This document shows, one piece after another, positions 33,149 to 33,999 of a stretch of DNA of 33,999 bases; position 1 is the first letter of the stretch; the number at the start of each line of letters is the position of its first letter. Under the pieces are notes generated by a model, which made no database searches, was not told where the DNA came from, and saw nothing but the letters and a program-made list of their open reading frames with translations. The position numbers were made by a program, and so were the translations under genes. The stretch lies in contig JAZKSB010000002.1 of assembly GCA_036626315.1 (NCBI GenBank), positions 1-33,999 of the forward strand. The letters run 5' to 3'. This DNA is from Halobacteriales archaeon. Lineage in GTDB: Archaea; Halobacteriota; Halobacteria; Halobacteriales; PXRE01.

Positions 33149-33999
33149 TCACCCGGGCGCGACCTCGACCCCGTTCTCCGCGGGCGTGACCCGCCGCTCC
33201 AGCGCGAGCAGGCCCACCGCGAGCCCGACGCTCGCCACCGCGAGCGCTGGCCACAGCAGTCCGCCCAGGCCGGAGTCGAAAAACAGGCCGCCAACGAACG
33301 ACCCGACGCCGAACCCGAGCCGCTTTGCGACCTCCAGAAGCGAGAGTTGCGAGCCCCGCTCGCGGGCGGTGCCGAGGTCGCTCATCAGCGAGGTCACCAG
33401 CGGCGAGTGCAGGATCTCCCCGAGCGTCCGGAGCACGAGGTGGGCGCCGACCAGCGCCACGCCCGCCAGCACCGGGAGGTCGAGCAGGAAGACCAGCCAG
33501 ACCGCGAGCATCGAAACCGCCCAGAAGCCCGTCGAGACGACCAGGCCACGGGTGCGCCGCCAGCTCGCGATGGCGTCGACGACGGGGATCTGCAACAGCA
33601 CCAGCGTCAGCGGGTTCAACACGTACAGCGTCCCGAGCTGGGAGGCGTCCAGGCCCAGCCAGTCCTTCGCGACGACGGGGACGGTCGTCTGCATCTGGGC
33701 GTACAGCACTGCGAAGCCGACGTTGAGCGCCGCCAGCGCGAGCACCCGCCGCTTCGTGATTGCCACGCCCCAGTCGCCGACCGCGTCCCGGAGTGCAGCG
33801 TCGTCCCGACCTTCGTGGACCCGACCGACCGCCACCAGTAGGACGAGTGCGACGACCGCCGAGGTCGCGCCGTCGGCGACGAAGACGGCGACGCTCGCAA
33901 ACTCGTACAGCACCCCCCCGCCCAAGCCCCCCCCGCCGGACCCGGCGGTGGTGGGGGCCGTGCGCCGGGGAAAGGGCCGGGGGGGGGGGGGGCCGTAGG
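33149..33999 (-). CDS. MFS transporter, C-terminal half only. The 5' end runs off the window or contig.
   Basis: Six hydrophobic segments after a central loop (GRVHEGRDDAALRD), in an MFS-like arrangement. The frame stays open to position 33999, but the last roughly 90 nt are homopolymer-rich. The track ORF start (TTG 33925) is probably not the true start. Confidence 0.7.
   Translation of the reverse strand, partial: YGPPPPRPFPRRTAPTTAGSGGGGLGGGVLYEFASVAVFVADGATSAVVALVLLVAVGRVHEGRDDAALRDAVGDWGVAITKRRVLALAALNVGFAVLYAQMQTTVPVVAKDWLGLDASQLGTLYVLNPLTLVLLQIPVVDAIASWRRTRGLVVSTGFWAVSMLAVWLVFLLDLPVLAGVALVGAHLVLRTLGEILHSPLVTSLMSDLGTARERGSQLSLLEVAKRLGFGVGSFVGGLFFDSGLGGLLWPALAVASVGLAVGLLALERRVTPAENGVEVAPG

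Noticed and set aside
33905-33999. Runs of C8 and G13 and a Gly/Pro-rich open frame at the right edge
   Set aside because: The homopolymers are unlike anything else in the window. They disrupt the MFS transporter reading frame where more TM helices are expected. The odd window length suggests this is a contig terminus. They are most likely low-quality assembly-end sequence, not biology.

Overview
Very GC-rich chromosomal segment with the hallmarks of a haloarchaeon (class Halobacteria). The proteins are strongly acidic, and it carries a PGF-CTERM surface protein, a HalX-type response regulator, ribosomal protein S6e and TATA-like boxes 25-32 nt upstream of start codons, which suggests leaderless mRNAs. 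It is mostly core and housekeeping content: about 40 credible CDS, one tRNA-Lys(UUU), and an RNase P RNA that the ORF track cannot show. It fills the 750-bp ORF-free gap at 6075-6820. Recognisable products include a DUF59 Fe-S assembly protein, 6-phosphogluconate dehydrogenase, an M29 aminopeptidase, a thiolase, a metzincin lipoprotein, NAD salvage enzymes (nicotinate phosphoribosyltransferase and nicotinamidase), a PaaI thioesterase, a lipoate-protein ligase and dihydroorotase. There is also a complete Dpp/Opp-type ABC importer with a fused double ATPase, four universal stress protein paralogs with a GNAT and a DHH/DHHA1 phosphoesterase, a wHTH regulator, a beta-CASP RNase and a truncated MFS transporter. 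Most long ORFs in the six-frame track are Arg/Pro/Gly-rich antisense shadows of these genes. I see no convincing new multi-gene system such as a defence island, integrase or CRISPR-Cas. The features worth a second look are small-scale. (1) Three unrelated genes have near-perfect tandem duplications that span their stop codons. (2) The DHH gene appears to have lost its stop and now reads about 105 Arg-rich codons antisense into the convergent gene. (3) The 3' 21 nt of tRNA-Lys recur exactly 120 bp downstream, with an inverted copy in between, giving an att-like scar or long hairpin. (4) A 35-bp tandem array is cut by the left window edge, and its core motif recurs elsewhere in the window. (5) A perfect 18-bp palindrome and a possible 44-codon micro-ORF lie in a long intergenic region. 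The right end of the window (about 33905-33999) is homopolymer-rich and looks like a low-quality contig end.
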